Assembly (NCBI RefSeq): GCF_030144855.1
Contig: NC_082712.1
Coordinates: 11,594,001 to 11,658,000 of the forward strand
Length of the DNA: 64,000 nt
Reading direction: 5' to 3'
Source of the DNA: Hypanus sabinus
Lineage: Eukaryota
Shown here: one piece after another, positions 1 through 14,019 of the stretch
Layout: each line of letters opens with the position of its first letter
Numbering within the stretch: the stretch's first letter is position 1
Notes under the pieces: model-generated
The model's database searches: none
What the model saw: only the letters and a program-made list of their open reading frames with translations
What the model was told of the DNA's origin: nothing
Made by a program: the position numbers and the translations under genes

Positions 1-975
1 GAATTTGCTAGCAGGAATGACAGCAGAGCCGCAATGGTGGGAGTTCCTGGAAATATGAGGAAGGAGCAGGATAGATGTATTCCAAAAATGAAGAAATACT
101 CAAATGGAGAAATAGTACAAACATGGCTGACAAGGGAAGTCAAAGCTAATATAAAAGCAAAAGAGAGGACATACAACTAAACAAAAATGAGTGGGAAGGC
201 AGAAGATGGGGAAGCTTTTAAAACCCTACCAAGATCAACTGAAAGAATAGTTAGGAGGGAAAAGATGAAATGTGAAAGCAGGCAAGCAAACAATATCAAG
301 GTGGATAGTGAAAGCTTTTTCAAATATGTAAAAATTAAAAGAGAGATGAGAGTAGATTTAGGACCGCTAGAAAATGAGGCTGGAGAAATAATAATGAGGG
401 CTAAGGAGATGATTGATGAATCATCAGGCTTCACTGTGAAAGACACTCACAGTGTTCCAAATGTTGAAGGGTGTGAGGGAAAAGAAGTGGGTGCAGTTAC
501 TATTACAAGGGAGAACTTGCTCAAAAAGCTTAAAGACATAAGGGTATATTAGTCACCTGGACCAGATGAACTGCACCCTAGGGTTCTGAAAGTGGTAACA
601 GTCGAGATTCTGGAGGAATTTATAAGGATCTTTCAAATCAATGATTGGACTGGCATGGTGCCAGAGGACTGGAAAAATGCAAATGTCACTACACTCTCTA
701 AGAAAGGAGGAAGGCAGCAGAAAGGAAACTCCCTATACAGACCATCTTGCAGAAAGGAAATTATAAACCAGTTGGCCTGACCTCAGCGGCGGGGAAGTTG
801 ATGGAATGAATTGTTAAGGATGAAGTTATGGAGTACTTGGTGACACAGGACAAGAGAGGACAAAGTCAGCATGGTTTCCTTAAAGGAGTAAGTGGGAATA
901 AAAGGATCTTTTTCTGGTTGGCTGCCAGTGACTAGTGGTGTTCCACAGGGGTCGGTGTTCAGACTGCTTCATTTT
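1..975 (+). mobile_element. CR1 LINE ORF2 fragment (internally deleted)
   Basis: ORFs 187..552, 592..780 and 892.. give CR1-type peptides (FFKYVK..LGPLENEAGE; VPEDWKNANVT.L.KKG; SGVPQGSV). Confidence 0.85.
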
Positions 976-2900
976 ATGCTGTATATCATTTTTTTTTCAA
1001 TCTGGGGTGCCTTAAGGCAACTTGTGTGGCAGCAGAACTGTCATTGGATACGATTAAATATTCTTGTTTCAGCCTGATACAGCTAAAAACACAACTGCTT
1101 CCACAGTCAGTGTAGTCAACAAAGATGTCTTATTGCTATTAAATGAACTATTGCTGCTTGAAACAGCAGAAACAATACTGATTGTGGATGAATTCCTCGC
1201 TGGATTCCACACAGGAAATGTGGCTGCAGGTCAGGAATACAAGTACGTTTAAGGAAATGGGGACTTAAACTCCCTCTACCGACTATCTTGCTGCAAATGT
1301 GCAGTCTCTGGTGAATAAAATCGATGATCTCAGAGTTAGGGTACTGAATCAGAGGGACATTAGGATCGTGTGTGTCCTTTGTTTCACAGAATCCTGGTTA
1401 ACCCTTTCCGTACTGGATGCAGTGATCCTGATTGATGGGTTTACTATAAACTGTCAGGATAGATCTGTAGAGTGTCTCAAAAGCAGAGGTGGAGGAGTAT
1501 GCCTCATGATGAACTCCTCTTGGTGCACAAATATATCAGTGCTCTCCCAATTCTGCTCACCAGACCTGGAATATCTAGTGGTTAAGTGTCGTCCATTTTA
1601 GTTACCACAGGAGTTCTCCTGGGTCATTTAGTTAGCAGTATACATTCCACCTCAGGCCATTGTCAATCAGGCTTTAGATGATCTGGGCATGGGATTAACA
1701 TGCATTAAACAGCACATCCTAATGCCTTCACCATCGTTTTGGGGGATTTTAACCAGGCCAGTCTAAAAAAAAACACTAAACAATAATCATCAACAGATCA
1801 CTTGCAATACCAGAGGAAACAACACACTGGACCATTGTTACACCACCATCAAGAATGGTTACAGTGTTATTCCATGCCCTCACTTCAGGAAGTCTGATCA
1901 CCTGGCTGTACTATGACTCCCTGAGTACAGGCAGAGGCTGAAGACGGCTGCACCAGTAGTGAGGACCAAGAAGGTACGGTCAAGGGAAGCACAGGAGCCT
2001 TTGTAGCACTGCTTTGAATCAGTGGACTGGACTGTATTCAGGGATTCATCTTGGAATCTGGATGAGTATGTATCCATTGTTACTGACTTCATTGAAACGT
2101 GTGTGCGTGTGTGCGTGTGTGCGTGCTGGTGCCTACAAAGACTCGCTTTACATACGCAAATCAAAAGCTGTGGATGAACCAGGAGGTACATCATTTGCTG
2201 AAGGCTACATCTGTGACATTCTGGACCGGCAACCAAGATCTGTACCAACAAAACCAGTTCTGACTCGCGGAGGGCTATTTTAAGGGCAAAGAGACAATTT
2301 TGAATGAAGTTGGAGGTGACATTGGTTGCACGGCAACTCTGGCAGGGTATGCAAGACATTACTTCCTACAAAGCGAAACCCAAATTGCATGAATGGCCAC
2401 GATGCCTCAGTACCAGATGAACTCAACACCTTCTATGCCCACTTTGAAAGGGAGAACACAACGACAGCTGTGATGATCCCTACTGCACCGGATGACCCTG
2501 TGACCTCTGACTCGGAGGTTGAACTGCTTTGAGAGGTTGGTTATGTCTGGACTGAACTCCTGCCTCAGCAAGGAACTGGACCCACTGCAATTTGCCTATC
2601 ACTACAATAGGTCAACAGCAGATGCAATCTCAATGGCTCTTCATACGGCCTTAGACCACTTGGACAATACAAACACCGAAGTCAGGATGCTGTTCATCGA
2701 CTACAGCTCAGCATTTAACACCATCATTTCAACACTCCTGATTGAGACGTTGCCGCACCTGGGCCTCTGTACCTCCCTCTGCAATTAGATCCTCGACTTT
2801 CTAACCAGAAGACCACAATCAGCGTGGGTTTGTGACAACATATCCTCCTCGCTCACATTCACTACTGGTGCACCTCAGGGGTGTGTGCTTAGCACACTGG
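976..2900 (+). mobile_element. Rex1/Babar non-LTR retrotransposon, decayed (APE endonuclease plus partial RT)
   Basis: LCFTESWL and RGGGVC endonuclease motifs (1299..1601). [29 protein letters not shown] motifs (2519..2788). Multiple stops and a deletion near 2515. Confidence 0.9.
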
Positions 2901-4395
2901 TTGGTTGATGCTTTTGTTGTTGCCTCTGAGTGAATGGGCAGTGGGGGTCTTTGGGATTCTGGGATTTTCATTCCTTGGAGGCTTTCTTTCTGCGTCATGG
3001 ACGTCTGCAAAGAGTAAGAATTTCAGGTTGGATAGAAACATAGAAAACTTGCAGCACAATACGGGCTCTTCAGCCCACAAAGTTGTCCTGAACATGTCGC
3101 TAACGTAGAAATTACTCGGGTTACCCATAGCCCTCTATTATATGTGGAATACATTCTCTGATATTAAATTCAACCATTGAACCATTAAACCATTGGATCG
3201 CTGCATGAAAGGGAACCTTGGGGTAGTACGTGCTGATATATACGTACTTTGGTAATTAGTTTGAACTTTGCAGGGAATCTGGAAGCACAGACTCAAGTCA
3301 TCTGCAATCACATCAATTCAGATTCCGATACAATTATGTATTAATTACACGTGAAATGCACCATTAGCGTAAGGAATCTATGTGCTGGGAGGCAGGCAGT
3401 GTACAAGTGTCCTTACAATTGAAGGATCTATCCTTCCATTGAGCTTGGCCTGACACCAGAGTCCATTTCACAGCCTCCCTCGCACCTCACATGTACCCCA
3501 GCTCTACCTCCCTGATTCTGTCTCAGGAATAGTCCCTCCCTCCTATAACCATTCCACAGCCTCACCATCACTCTGCACACCTCCCAGCTCCACCACCCTG
3601 TTTCCCTCTCAGGAACAGTCCCTCCTCTTCATCCACCAACCACCCTGAGCCCAGTTAACAGATAGGGGGCATTCGGTTGTCCTGCCCTGCTCCACCTGTC
3701 AATATGACCATGGCTGACCATCGACTTCAGGATCCTTAACCACAATACCTTCGGCAGTGAGACATTATACAGGAACGCAGCAAGTCAGACAGCATCTATG
3801 AAAGGAAGTTGACGTTTTGGGCCAAGATATTTCATCATGACTCAACTGTTTATTCCTTTCCATTGATGCTGCGAGACTTGCTGGGATCCACCAGAATTTG
3901 TATGTGTTGCTCTAGATTTCCAGACTCCCTTTATTTATGATTTGGCATTATGAAATTGTTCCTTCTTGAAAATATTTTGGGAGTCGGCCGCCTCTGCATT
4001 CGATGCTGGAGACAATTCTGTAATGTTCACTTCACTTGGAAATTGGGAAATTTAAAGTGTCTTCGGTGTGGTACCAGGTGTGTCCCATGGCTGTGGCCAG
4101 AGGTCTTGGACGTCACATTGAGTATGAACAACTAAAGTGAAGGATGAATCTGCTATTGGTACCCTACCCTGACACTAACTACAGGAAACTGCAAAGACAA
4201 CCCGACAGTCCTTCACCCACTCCTCAGTGCTTTGGACTTCTCATTCACTGCACTTTACTTCCTGACCCTGAATTACTGACCTTTTTTCAGTTGCTGTAGG
4301 ATATTGAGGAACTGTCAAACTGTTCTTACGACTCACAAGAACCACAATGCTGACCACTCAAAAGAAGAAGAGGTCGAACAGAGGGGAAAGTTATT

Positions 4396-5680
4396 CTAAG
4401 AACTTAAGGGAACAACTGCAAAGTGTGCCTCAATGCACTCACCATATCCTGTGTAAAACAAACCTGCCCTGCTCTTTAAACTGCACACCCTCCCCAACCA
4501 ACACACATACACAAAGCTTAAGGTAGTGCTTGTAGTATTTGTAGCAATGGGGCAGTTTGGGAACAGTTTGTTCCCCTTCTCTGATGAAAAATGTGCTGGC
4601 ATTGGGGGGGGTGGGGGCCCAGAGGAGGGTGAGAAGAAAGATTCCAGGAGTGAAATGGTTAACACATGAGAATCGTTTGACAGCTCTGGGCCTGTCCTCG
4701 CTGCAGCTTAGAAGAATGAGGGGACATCTCACTGAATCCTGTTGAATATTGAAAGCCTGAGATAGAGTTGAAGTGGGGAGGATGTTTTTAATGTGGATGA
4801 GTCTAGGACCAGAGGGCATGAATCAGAATTGAGTTATTTCCATTTAGAACAGAGCTGAGGAGGAATATGGTTTGGCAGGTGGTAATGAATTGTGGAATTC
4901 ATTGGCACTAACGGCTGTGTATGCCAAATCATTGAGTACATTTAAAGTTGAGGAGGATAGGTTATTGGTGTCAGGGCATCAAAGGTTAGGGGAAGAAGGC
5001 AGAAGAGAGGGATCCAGTGGGATAATAAAATAGTCATGATGGCATAGCAGGGGATAGTCGATGGGTTGAATGGCTGAATTACTCTCCTATGTGTTGTGGT
5101 CTTAACTACAAAAGCCTTTATAAACTCACTGTGAACTAAGTCATGTAAACACACAGACAAGAACATGACAATACCCTATCACACACAATTTCATATAGAA
5201 GAAGAGGTACAACAGACATGAAATTTGACAGATAATCAAACATTTCACAGTCAAAGATATTTAGATCACATCTTCCCCATTCTGAAATTTGTTCTGAGCA
5301 ACAACTGAACCTTTCAAACATCTCTGCATTGGGCTGCTGCCACATGAGTGTTTGAAGGGGATTAATTGAGCTGGAGGTCTGTAATTAGGGATGTTTCATA
5401 GGTTTTTCTGCTGGGACCTCTGCTGTTTGTGATGTACGTAAATGACCTGGATACAAATGCAGATTGGTGGGTTATTAAGTTTGGAGATGACACTAAGATT
5501 AGTGGATTGTGGATTGTGTAGCAGACTGGCAAAGAATACAATACGATATATATCAGTAGTAGGTCTGGACAAAGAAATCGCAGATGGAGTTTAACTCAGA
5601 TAAATGTGGGGTTTTACACCTTGGTAGGGACATTGCCAGGAGACAATACACTGTCAGGCAAGACTGTCAACAGGTGCGCT
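4396..5680. mobile_element. Cluster of CR1 3-prime and RT fragments in both orientations
   Basis: ENRLTALGLSSLQLRRMRGHL peptide; CR1 3-prime end sequence; GPLLFVMYVNDL-like segment at ~5415. Confidence 0.7.
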
Positions 5681-6541
5681 TTGCACCTTGGACCCAGAGG
5701 AACACTGTTTCATTTGATTGTTTTCAAGTGCATGGGTGAATGACAATTGAATTTGAACAAACTCATTAACATTTCACACTACAGCCACATGTCTCTCAAT
5801 CCCATAGATCAGACGAAGGGCCTTCAATCACAGGTACTCTGCTGCTTCAAACACCTACACTTATCTTTGGTTAATCCCAGGCTCATGAACATGCCTGAAA
5901 GAAACTAATGACTCTAGTGCTGGGTTGGAATTTATGCCATGGGCCGTTAACATTAAGCAAGGGGTCCATGGACCCCAGGTTGAGAAACCATGCTCTATAA
6001 TTTACATAGAAGACAACTGTCTTACTGATAGAGGAAACTTTATTCATGTTATTATTTAGAGATACAGCAAAGTAACAAACCTGTGGCGCTTACATACACA
6101 AAAGTGACTAATTGCCCTCTCAACCCATACATCTTTGGAATGTGGGAGGTAACTGGTCCACCCAGAAGGAATCCATGCAGTCTTGGGATGAGCATACAGA
6201 CTTATTACAGACAGTGGTGGGTAGTCGCTGGCACTGCTGTTTGCATGTTGTCCCTGTGGCTGTGGGTATCCCATGGGTGTTCTGTTTCATTTCCGATGCA
6301 TTAAGGATGCATGGGATGATTGGTTAATAAATTATCCTGAGTGCGTTTTGGAGGCAGTGAATGGGCATTTATGAGAGACAATGGGGTACAAGAAAATAAA
6401 GAGGGAATGGAACAACTGGGACCACTCTGCTGGGAGCCAGCATAGTCCAATGGCTGGATGGTCTCCCTTGGAGTAATAAGCAATACCAAACAGTTCTTGA
6501 TTTCAAGTACCGTCTGTAGATAGAGCTGAACAATTCAATAC

Positions 6542-7085
6542 AACACACACAAAATTCTGGAGGAACTCAGCAGGTCAGCCATCATCTACAGGAATAAACA
6601 TTCGACATTTCAGGCCAAATCCCTTCATCAGGACTGCAAAGGATGGAGAGAAGCCTGAATGAACAATACAGGGAGTAAAATGAGTACAAATTAGAAGGAA
6701 ATAATTGAAGCCAGTGGGTTGGGGAGGGGGGTTGATGTAAGAAGTAGGGAGATGATAAGTAGAAAAACCAAGGGGCTGGAGAAGAAAGGATCTTATAGGA
6801 AATTATAATGGAAGATGGGAAATGGGGAAGGACATTAGGAGGGCGCCGGGGCAGTTTATAGGCAGGGGATGGGATGAAAAGAGCTAAGGGGGCAGTGTGG
6901 GGAATTGAGGAAGAGGGATGGGGAGGGGGATTAGCAGAAGTTGGAAATATCGATGTTATTGCTTTCAGCTTGAAAGCCATCCAAACTGAATATGGTGTGC
7001 TGCTCCTCAAATTGAGAGTGGCCTCATTGTGGCAGTAGGTGGGACCATGGACCAATGTGTCCGAATGGGAATGGGGATTTTTGGA
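6542..7085 (-). mobile_element. Penelope-like element 3-prime fragment (GIY-YIG C-terminus plus pLTR with hammerhead motif)
   Basis: ORF 6582..7130 contains SHSDTLVHG..CHNEATL, homologous to the end of 16867..17988. Hammerhead core at 6600-6636. Confidence 0.8.
6600..6636 (-). ncRNA. Minimal type I hammerhead ribozyme motif
   Basis: Reverse strand reads cagtc-CTGATGA-a-ggg(atttgg)cct-GAAA-tg-TC-gaatg, with a GUC cleavage triplet. Confidence 0.65.
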
Positions 7086-7494
7086 TGGAACGAAGGTGGT
7101 TGATAAGAGAAACATTAAAAAGACAAACATAGTAACTGTTATGGATGGTTTTGGTAAGATGTTCCCAGTGTTTAAGTAGGTGCTTCCAAGCGAAACAATG
7201 GAAATAGATTAACATATCACTACAGTTGTAGAGTCTGAAAGTGTCAGCACAAAAACTGACCCTTTGATCCATCGAGTACACACAAAACTATTTGGGCTTG
7301 GCCCATCGATCCACACATGGTCCATTGTCCTCCATACCCCTTTCATCTATGTACGTATCCAAACTTCTCTTAAGAATTGTAGGCATTCCGTTCAGTGAAG
7401 AAATTATCCTGTGGGCCCACAACGTGCATGACAACCTGTTGCCTATCTATGCAGCCCATTCCAGCCCAATAGGTGCATATTGCTGAATATTTGC

Positions 7495-9035
7495 CAAAGA
7501 AGTGTTCAGTGTCCTGCCTAAATGGCTACTGTCCTGTTGCACTCACATCCATTATCATGAAGTGTTTTGAGAGGCTTGTCATGAGGCATATCAAGATCCT
7601 GCTGCCCCCCTCACTGAACCCCCTGCAGTTTGTGGACCGTCCCAACCGCTCGACAGACGACATCATTGCCATCACCCTCCACCTGGCCCTAATCCACCTG
7701 GACAAAAAGGACACATACGTTCATACAACACACACAAAATGCTGGTGGAACACAGCAAGCCAGGCCGCATCTCTAAGGAGAAGGACTGTCAATATTTTGG
7801 GCTGAGACCCTCCTCACACATTCAAATGCCGTTCATAGACTTCAGTTCAGCATTCAACACAATCATCCCTCAGAAACTGATTGGAAAACTGAGCCTACTG
7901 GACCAGAACACCTCCCTCTGCAACTGGATCCCAGACTTCCTGACTGGGAGACCTCAGTCAGTCCAGATTGGGAGCAGTATCTCCAACACCATCACATTGA
8001 GCACAGGGGCCCCCCAGGGCTGTGTGCTCAGTCCACTGTTGTTCACTCTGCTGACCCACGACTGTGCTGCAACACACAGCTCGAACCACATCATCAAGTT
8101 CGCCGATGACACGACCGTTGTGGGTCTCATCAGCAAGAACGATGAGTCAGCTTACAGAGAGGAGGTGCAGCAGCTAACGGACTGGTGCAGTCAACAACCT
8201 GTCTCTTAATGTGAACAAAACAAAAGAGATGGTTGTTGACTTCAGGAGGGCACAGAGCAACCACTCCCCGCTAAACATCGACAGCTCCTCGGTAGAGATC
8301 GTAAAGAGCACCAAATTTCTTGGTGTTCACCTGACAGAGAATCTCACCTGGTCCCTCAACACCAGCTCCATAGCAAAGAAAGCCCAGCAGCGTCTCTACT
8401 TTTTGTGAAGGCTGAGGAAAGTCCATCTCCCAGCCCCCATTCTCATCACATTCTACAGGGGTTGTATTGAGAGCGTCCTGAGCAGCTGCATCACTGCCTG
8501 GTTCGGAAATTGCACCATCTCGGAACACAAGACCCTGCAGCGGATAGTGAGGTCAGCTGAGATCATCGGGGTCTCTCACCGCCATTATGGGCATTTACTG
8601 TACACGCTGCATCCGCAAAGTAACAGCATTATGAAGGATCTCACACACCCCTCATACAAACTCTTCTCCCTCCTGCCGTCTGGGAAAAGGCACCAAAGCA
8701 TTCGGGCTCTCATGACCAGACTATGTAACAGTTTCTTCCCCCAAGCTATCAGACTCCTCAATACCCAGAGCCTGGACTGACACCTTATTGTCCTATTGTC
8801 TTGTTTATTATTCATTGTAATGCCGGCACTGTTTTGTGCACTTTATGCAGTCCTGTGTAGGTCTGTAGTGTAGTGTAGTTTTTTTTCTGTGTTGTATTTT
8901 ACGTAGTTCAGTCTAGTTTTTGTACTGTATCATGTAACAGCATGGTCCTGAAAAAAACATTGTCTCATTTTTCCTATGTAGTGTACCAGCAGTTATGGTC
9001 GAAATGACAATAAAAAATGACTTGACATGACTTGA
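7495..9035 (+). mobile_element. Rex1/Babar element 3-prime half with RT, interrupted by a pLTR-type short repeat (~7718-7820)
   Basis: [33 protein letters not shown] motifs. 3-prime UTR ends in aataaa plus a (tgact)n tail at ~9010-9035. Confidence 0.9.
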
Positions 9036-9625
9036 TATTTTTCTACGCCTTGCCTATCTAGGTACCTGTGTCAATGCATCAAACACATTCCAGAGATTAA
9101 ACAGTCCATGTGTAAATTTTGGTTCATACAAAAACCCTTTCTCACTCTCACTCTATTAGCTCATATTGTATTATCTTCTGTGTAACGTCTGTTGGAAATT
9201 GGAAACACTCCGACAAACAGCAGATCGAAACTTCATCAATAATTGGCAGTCAGAGAAGATCTGTTTTCTCTAATAATGATGAGAGGAAATACCAATGCCC
9301 ATGAATGTAAAACCGACAAAGTGTGTTGTATACAGTCCTGTCCGTCACACGCAACGTCCTCCCCACCATTGAGCACATTTAAAAGCAGCACTGCCACAAG
9401 AAAGCAGCACCCATCATTTAGGGCACCCACCATCCAGCCCACTCTCCCTTCTCTCTTGCTGCTATCAGGAAGATGATAAATGCCCCTTAGGTTGAGGAAG
9501 AGTTATTACCCTTCAGTCATCAGGTTTCTGAAATAGTGTGGATGACTTCACCTGCCTCAGCACAAAACTGATCACTGAACACAGCTCGTGAACTCAGTTT
9601 CAAGGATTCTGCAACTTACATTCTT

Positions 9626-12600
9626 TTTTTTATTGCATTTTTAAGTAGTTACAAAATGAAGTATGCAAAAACAATGTATATATACCCTTCCCCCCTCCCC
9701 TTATCCCCTCCCCCCTAACTGCCCTATAGAGAAAAAAAGAAAGAAAAATTGCCTGGTTGTTGGAAGATCTCCACATGCTCCATGGAATTCGTAATAACTT
9801 TAATATGTATATTTATTTCTTTCCCCAAATAACCAATTGTTTCATCTTCAGAACATTTATAGATTTAATCCTGTCTTTTGTAAATAAGGGCTCCAAATTT
9901 TCAGAAATGTTTTATATTTATCTCTTAAATTATACGTAATTTTTTCTAATGGAATACAACCATAAATTTCTTTCTTCCAAGAATCTATACTTAAATATGT
10001 ATCCGATTTCCAAGTAACTGCAATAGCTTTTTTGGCTACTGCCAGTGCAATTTTTATAAATTCTTTCTGCTATTTATTTAGTTTGAGTTTTGGTTTTATC
10101 CCTTCAATATCACCTAATAAGAGTAATATTGGATTATGAGGAAATTGTATTCCTGTAATTTGTTCCAGTAAAAGTCTTAAATTTGTCCAAAAAGGTTGAA
10201 TTTTAGAACAAGACCATGTAGAATGTAAAAAAGTACCAGTTTCCTGGTTACATCGGAAACACTGATCCGATAAGTTTGGATTTAATTTATTTATTTTTTG
10301 TGGTGTAATATATAATTGATGTAGGAAATTATACTGCACTAATCTTAACCGAACATTTATTGTATTTGTCATGCTATCAAGACATAGTCTTGACCAATTT
10401 GTTTCTTCAATTTTAATATTCAAATCACTTTCCCATTTTTGTCTTGACTTATGAACTCCTTGTTTAATTGCCTGTTTTTGAATCAAATTATACATACAAG
10501 ATACAAATTTTTTTAATATTTCCTTTTTGAATTAAAATTTCTATTTCATTAGGTTTCGGCAATAACATTGTTTGACCTAATTTTTCTCTTAAATAAGCCC
10601 TTAATTGAAAGTAACAAAATAAAGTATTATTTGATACTTTATATTTATTCTTTAATTGATCAAATGACATTAATATACCTCCTTCAAAACAATTCCCTAT
10701 ATATCTAATCCCTTTTTGAATCCAATTATATAAAAGTTGATTGTCCATTGTGAAAGGAATAAGTCTATTTTGAATTAAAGATCTCTTTGCTAATAAAGAT
10801 TTTTTTGTCTCATCATCAACATTTATCTTATTCCATAAATCAATCAAATGTTTTAATATAGGAGATTCTTTCTTTTCCCATATCCATTTAGATTCCCATT
10901 TGTATATAAAATCTTCTGGTACGTTTTCTCCTATTTTATCTAGTTCTATTCTAACCCATGCCGGTTTATCTTTCTCGAAAAAAGATGCAATAAATCTAAG
11001 TTGATTTGCTTTATAATAATTCTTAAAATTTGGAAGTTGTAATCCTCCTAGATCAAATTTCCATGTCAATTTTTCCAACGATATTCTTGACATCTTACCT
11101 TCCCAGAGAAATTTCCTCACATATTTGTTTAACTCTTGAAAAAACTTCTGGGGTAATTGTATTGGTAATGATTGAAATAAATATTGTAGTCTAGGGAATA
11201 TATTCATTTTTATAGTATTTACTCTACCTACTAATGTTATTGGTAATGCCATCCATTTATCAAGATCTTCCTGAATTTTTTTCAAAAGTGGTAAATAATT
11301 TAATTTTTATGTTTTTTATGTCATTATCAACTCTTATACCTAAATATTTTATACCATTTGCTGGCCATCTAAATTGAGTTATTAATCGACATTGATTATA
11401 ATCTCCTTTAGTAAGAGGTAAAATTTCACTTTTATCCCAATTTATTTTATAACCCGATATTTTCCCATATTCTTCTAATCTACAGGATAATTTGCGTAGT
11501 GAATGTAGTGGATCTGTTAAATAAAGTAGAACATCATCAGCAAATAAATTAATCTTGTATTCTTCCTGATTAACTCTGAAACCCTTAATATCTGGATCCA
11601 TTCTGATTAATTCAGCTAGTGGTTCTATTGCCAACACAAACAAAGCAGGTGATAATGGGCAACCTTGCCTAGTTGATTTTGTTAACTGAAATGATGTTGA
11701 AATTTGACCATTTGTCACTACTTTAGCTTTGGGATTAGTATTCAAGGTTTTAATCCGTTTTATAAATGACGTTCCTAATCCATATTTTTCCAATACCTTA
11801 AATAAAAAATCCCATTCCAATCTATCAAATGCTTTTTCTGCATTTAAAGCAACTGCCACACTCGTTTCCTCCCTCTTTTGCGCTAAATGGATTATACTAA
11901 ATAACCGGGTTACATTATCTGCCGATTGTCTATTTTTGATAAATCCTGTTTGATCCATATGCACTAATTTTGGTAAGCATTTAGATAATCTATTAGATAA
12001 GATTTTTGCTATTATTTTATAATCGGTGTTTAATAAAGAAATAGGTCTATATGATGCTGGTTTTAAAAGGTCTCTATCTTTTTTTGGCAATACTATTAAA
12101 ATAGCTGTTGAAAAAGATTCTGGAAGTTTATGTGTTCTTTCTGCTTGATATATTAACTGCATAAAAGGAGGAATTAATAAATCTTTAAACTTTTTATAAA
12201 ATTCAGGTGGAAAACCATCTTCTCCTGGAGATTTATTACTTTGAAGTGATCCCAAAGCTTCCTCAACTTCCTTCAATGTAAAAGGCGTATCTAATCCCTT
12301 TTGTTCTTCTGTATTTAATTTTGGAAGAGTTATTTGTGATAAAAATTCTTCTATCTTAACATCATCATTCTTTGATTCTGATTTATACAACTCAGAATAA
12401 AAATTCTTAAAAGCCTCATTAATTACTAGAGGCTTATAAGTAATTTCATTCACTTTTGTTTGAATTGCATTTATTGCTTTGGAAATCTGATCTGTTTTTA
12501 ACTGCCATGCAAGAACTTTATGTGATCTTTCATCTAGTTCATAATATCTCTGTTTAGTTCTCATAATTACTTTTTCTGTTCGATATGTCTGGAGTGTATT

Positions 12601-14019
12601 ATATTTTAACTTCTTATTAATAAGTTGTCTTCATTTTTCTTCTGTCATATTTCTTTGAGATTCTTTTTCTAATTTTGTAATCTCTTTTTCCAATTGATCT
12701 ATTTCTATCATATATTCCTTCTTAATTTTAGATGTATAACTTATTATCTGGCCTCTCAAATATGCTTTCATTGCTTCCCATAATATAAATTTATCATCAA
12801 CTGAATGTAAATTTGTATCTAAAAAAAACTGAATCTGCTTTTTCATAAAATCACAAAAATCTTGACATTTTAATAGAATTGAATTAAATCTCCATCTATA
12901 AATTGATTCCTCTTTATCTATCATTGTTATTGTCATTATTAAAGGAGAGTGATCAGACAATATTCTTGCTTTATATTCCACATTTTTCACTCTATCTTGA
13001 GTATTTGTTGATAATAGGAAAAAATCTATCCTAGAGTATGTTTTATGTCTATTTGAATAGAATGAATAATCCCTTTGTTTTGGATTGATTCTTCTCCATA
13101 TATCAATCAAATTTAAATCTTTCATCAATGATAGAGTTAATTTTGCTACTTTTGATTTTGTAATAGCCTTTGTTGACCTATCTAAAACTGGATCTAAACA
13201 AAAATTAAAATCTCCACCTATTAATATTTTATCATGTGCATTAGCCAAATTCAAAAAAACCTCCTGTATAAATTTTACATCATTTTTATTTGGTGCATAA
13301 ATATTCATAAGAGTCCATAGTTCTGAAAAATTTGACAATGTATAATTAAATATCTTCCTGCTGAATTAGTTAATACATTTTGTATTTTAATTGGTAAATT
13401 TTTATTAACCAAAATTGCAACTCCTCTCGCCTTTGAGTTAAATGAAGCTGCAATAACATTTCCAACCCAGTCTCTTTTTAATTTCTGATGTTCTATATCC
13501 GTTAAATGAGTTTCTTGTAAGAAAGCTATATCTATTTTCATTTTATTAATATATGTTAAAATTCTTTTTCTTTTTATTGGTCCATTAAGCCCATTAACAT
13601 TAAAACTTTAAAAATTCAATAGATTAGTCATTATTTTTAATTATGTTACTCCAATTTATAATAATATCTAATCTTTCAACTTTCATTGTATCCTGGGAAA
13701 TCTTTTTAGAAGTCTCCATGTTGCTATGTGTGTCCCCACCAATCATCCAGGCAAAAGAATAGAAGAAAAATAGAAAGTAAAGAAAAAAACAAAATACCCC
13801 CCTACTAATGTTGTGAAAGAAAAAAAACACAACATTACCCCCCTCTATTGTACGGGTCATGGCAATCGCCATGATTACACACGTGAATCCTGTAGTAACC
13901 GATTCAAAGCTCCCCAACCCCTCCGCAACATAAAAAGTATATATATTAAAAAAACATACTATTCTCAGTTATTATTTCTAAAATTTTACTTTTCTCCCTT
14001 ATATCATCCTTAAATGTCG
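9626..14019 (-). mobile_element. L1-clade LINE, 5-prime truncated in the ORF1-ORF2 spacer; near-complete but broken ORF2; 12-bp TSD
   Basis: ORF2 begins at 13631 (NVNGLN..LQETH endonuclease). Continues in pieces 13305..13541, 12631..13338 (GGDFN, SDH), 11260..12564 (RQGCPLSP, FADD), 10488..11285 and 10070..10495 (C..C..H..WSC). TSD acttacattctt at 9614-9625 and 14020-14031. Confidence 0.95.

Noticed and set aside
2905-3108. Hydrophobic ORF resembling a signal/TM peptide
   Set aside because: It overlaps a T-rich interspersed repeat tail and a CR1 3-prime end; no splice support.
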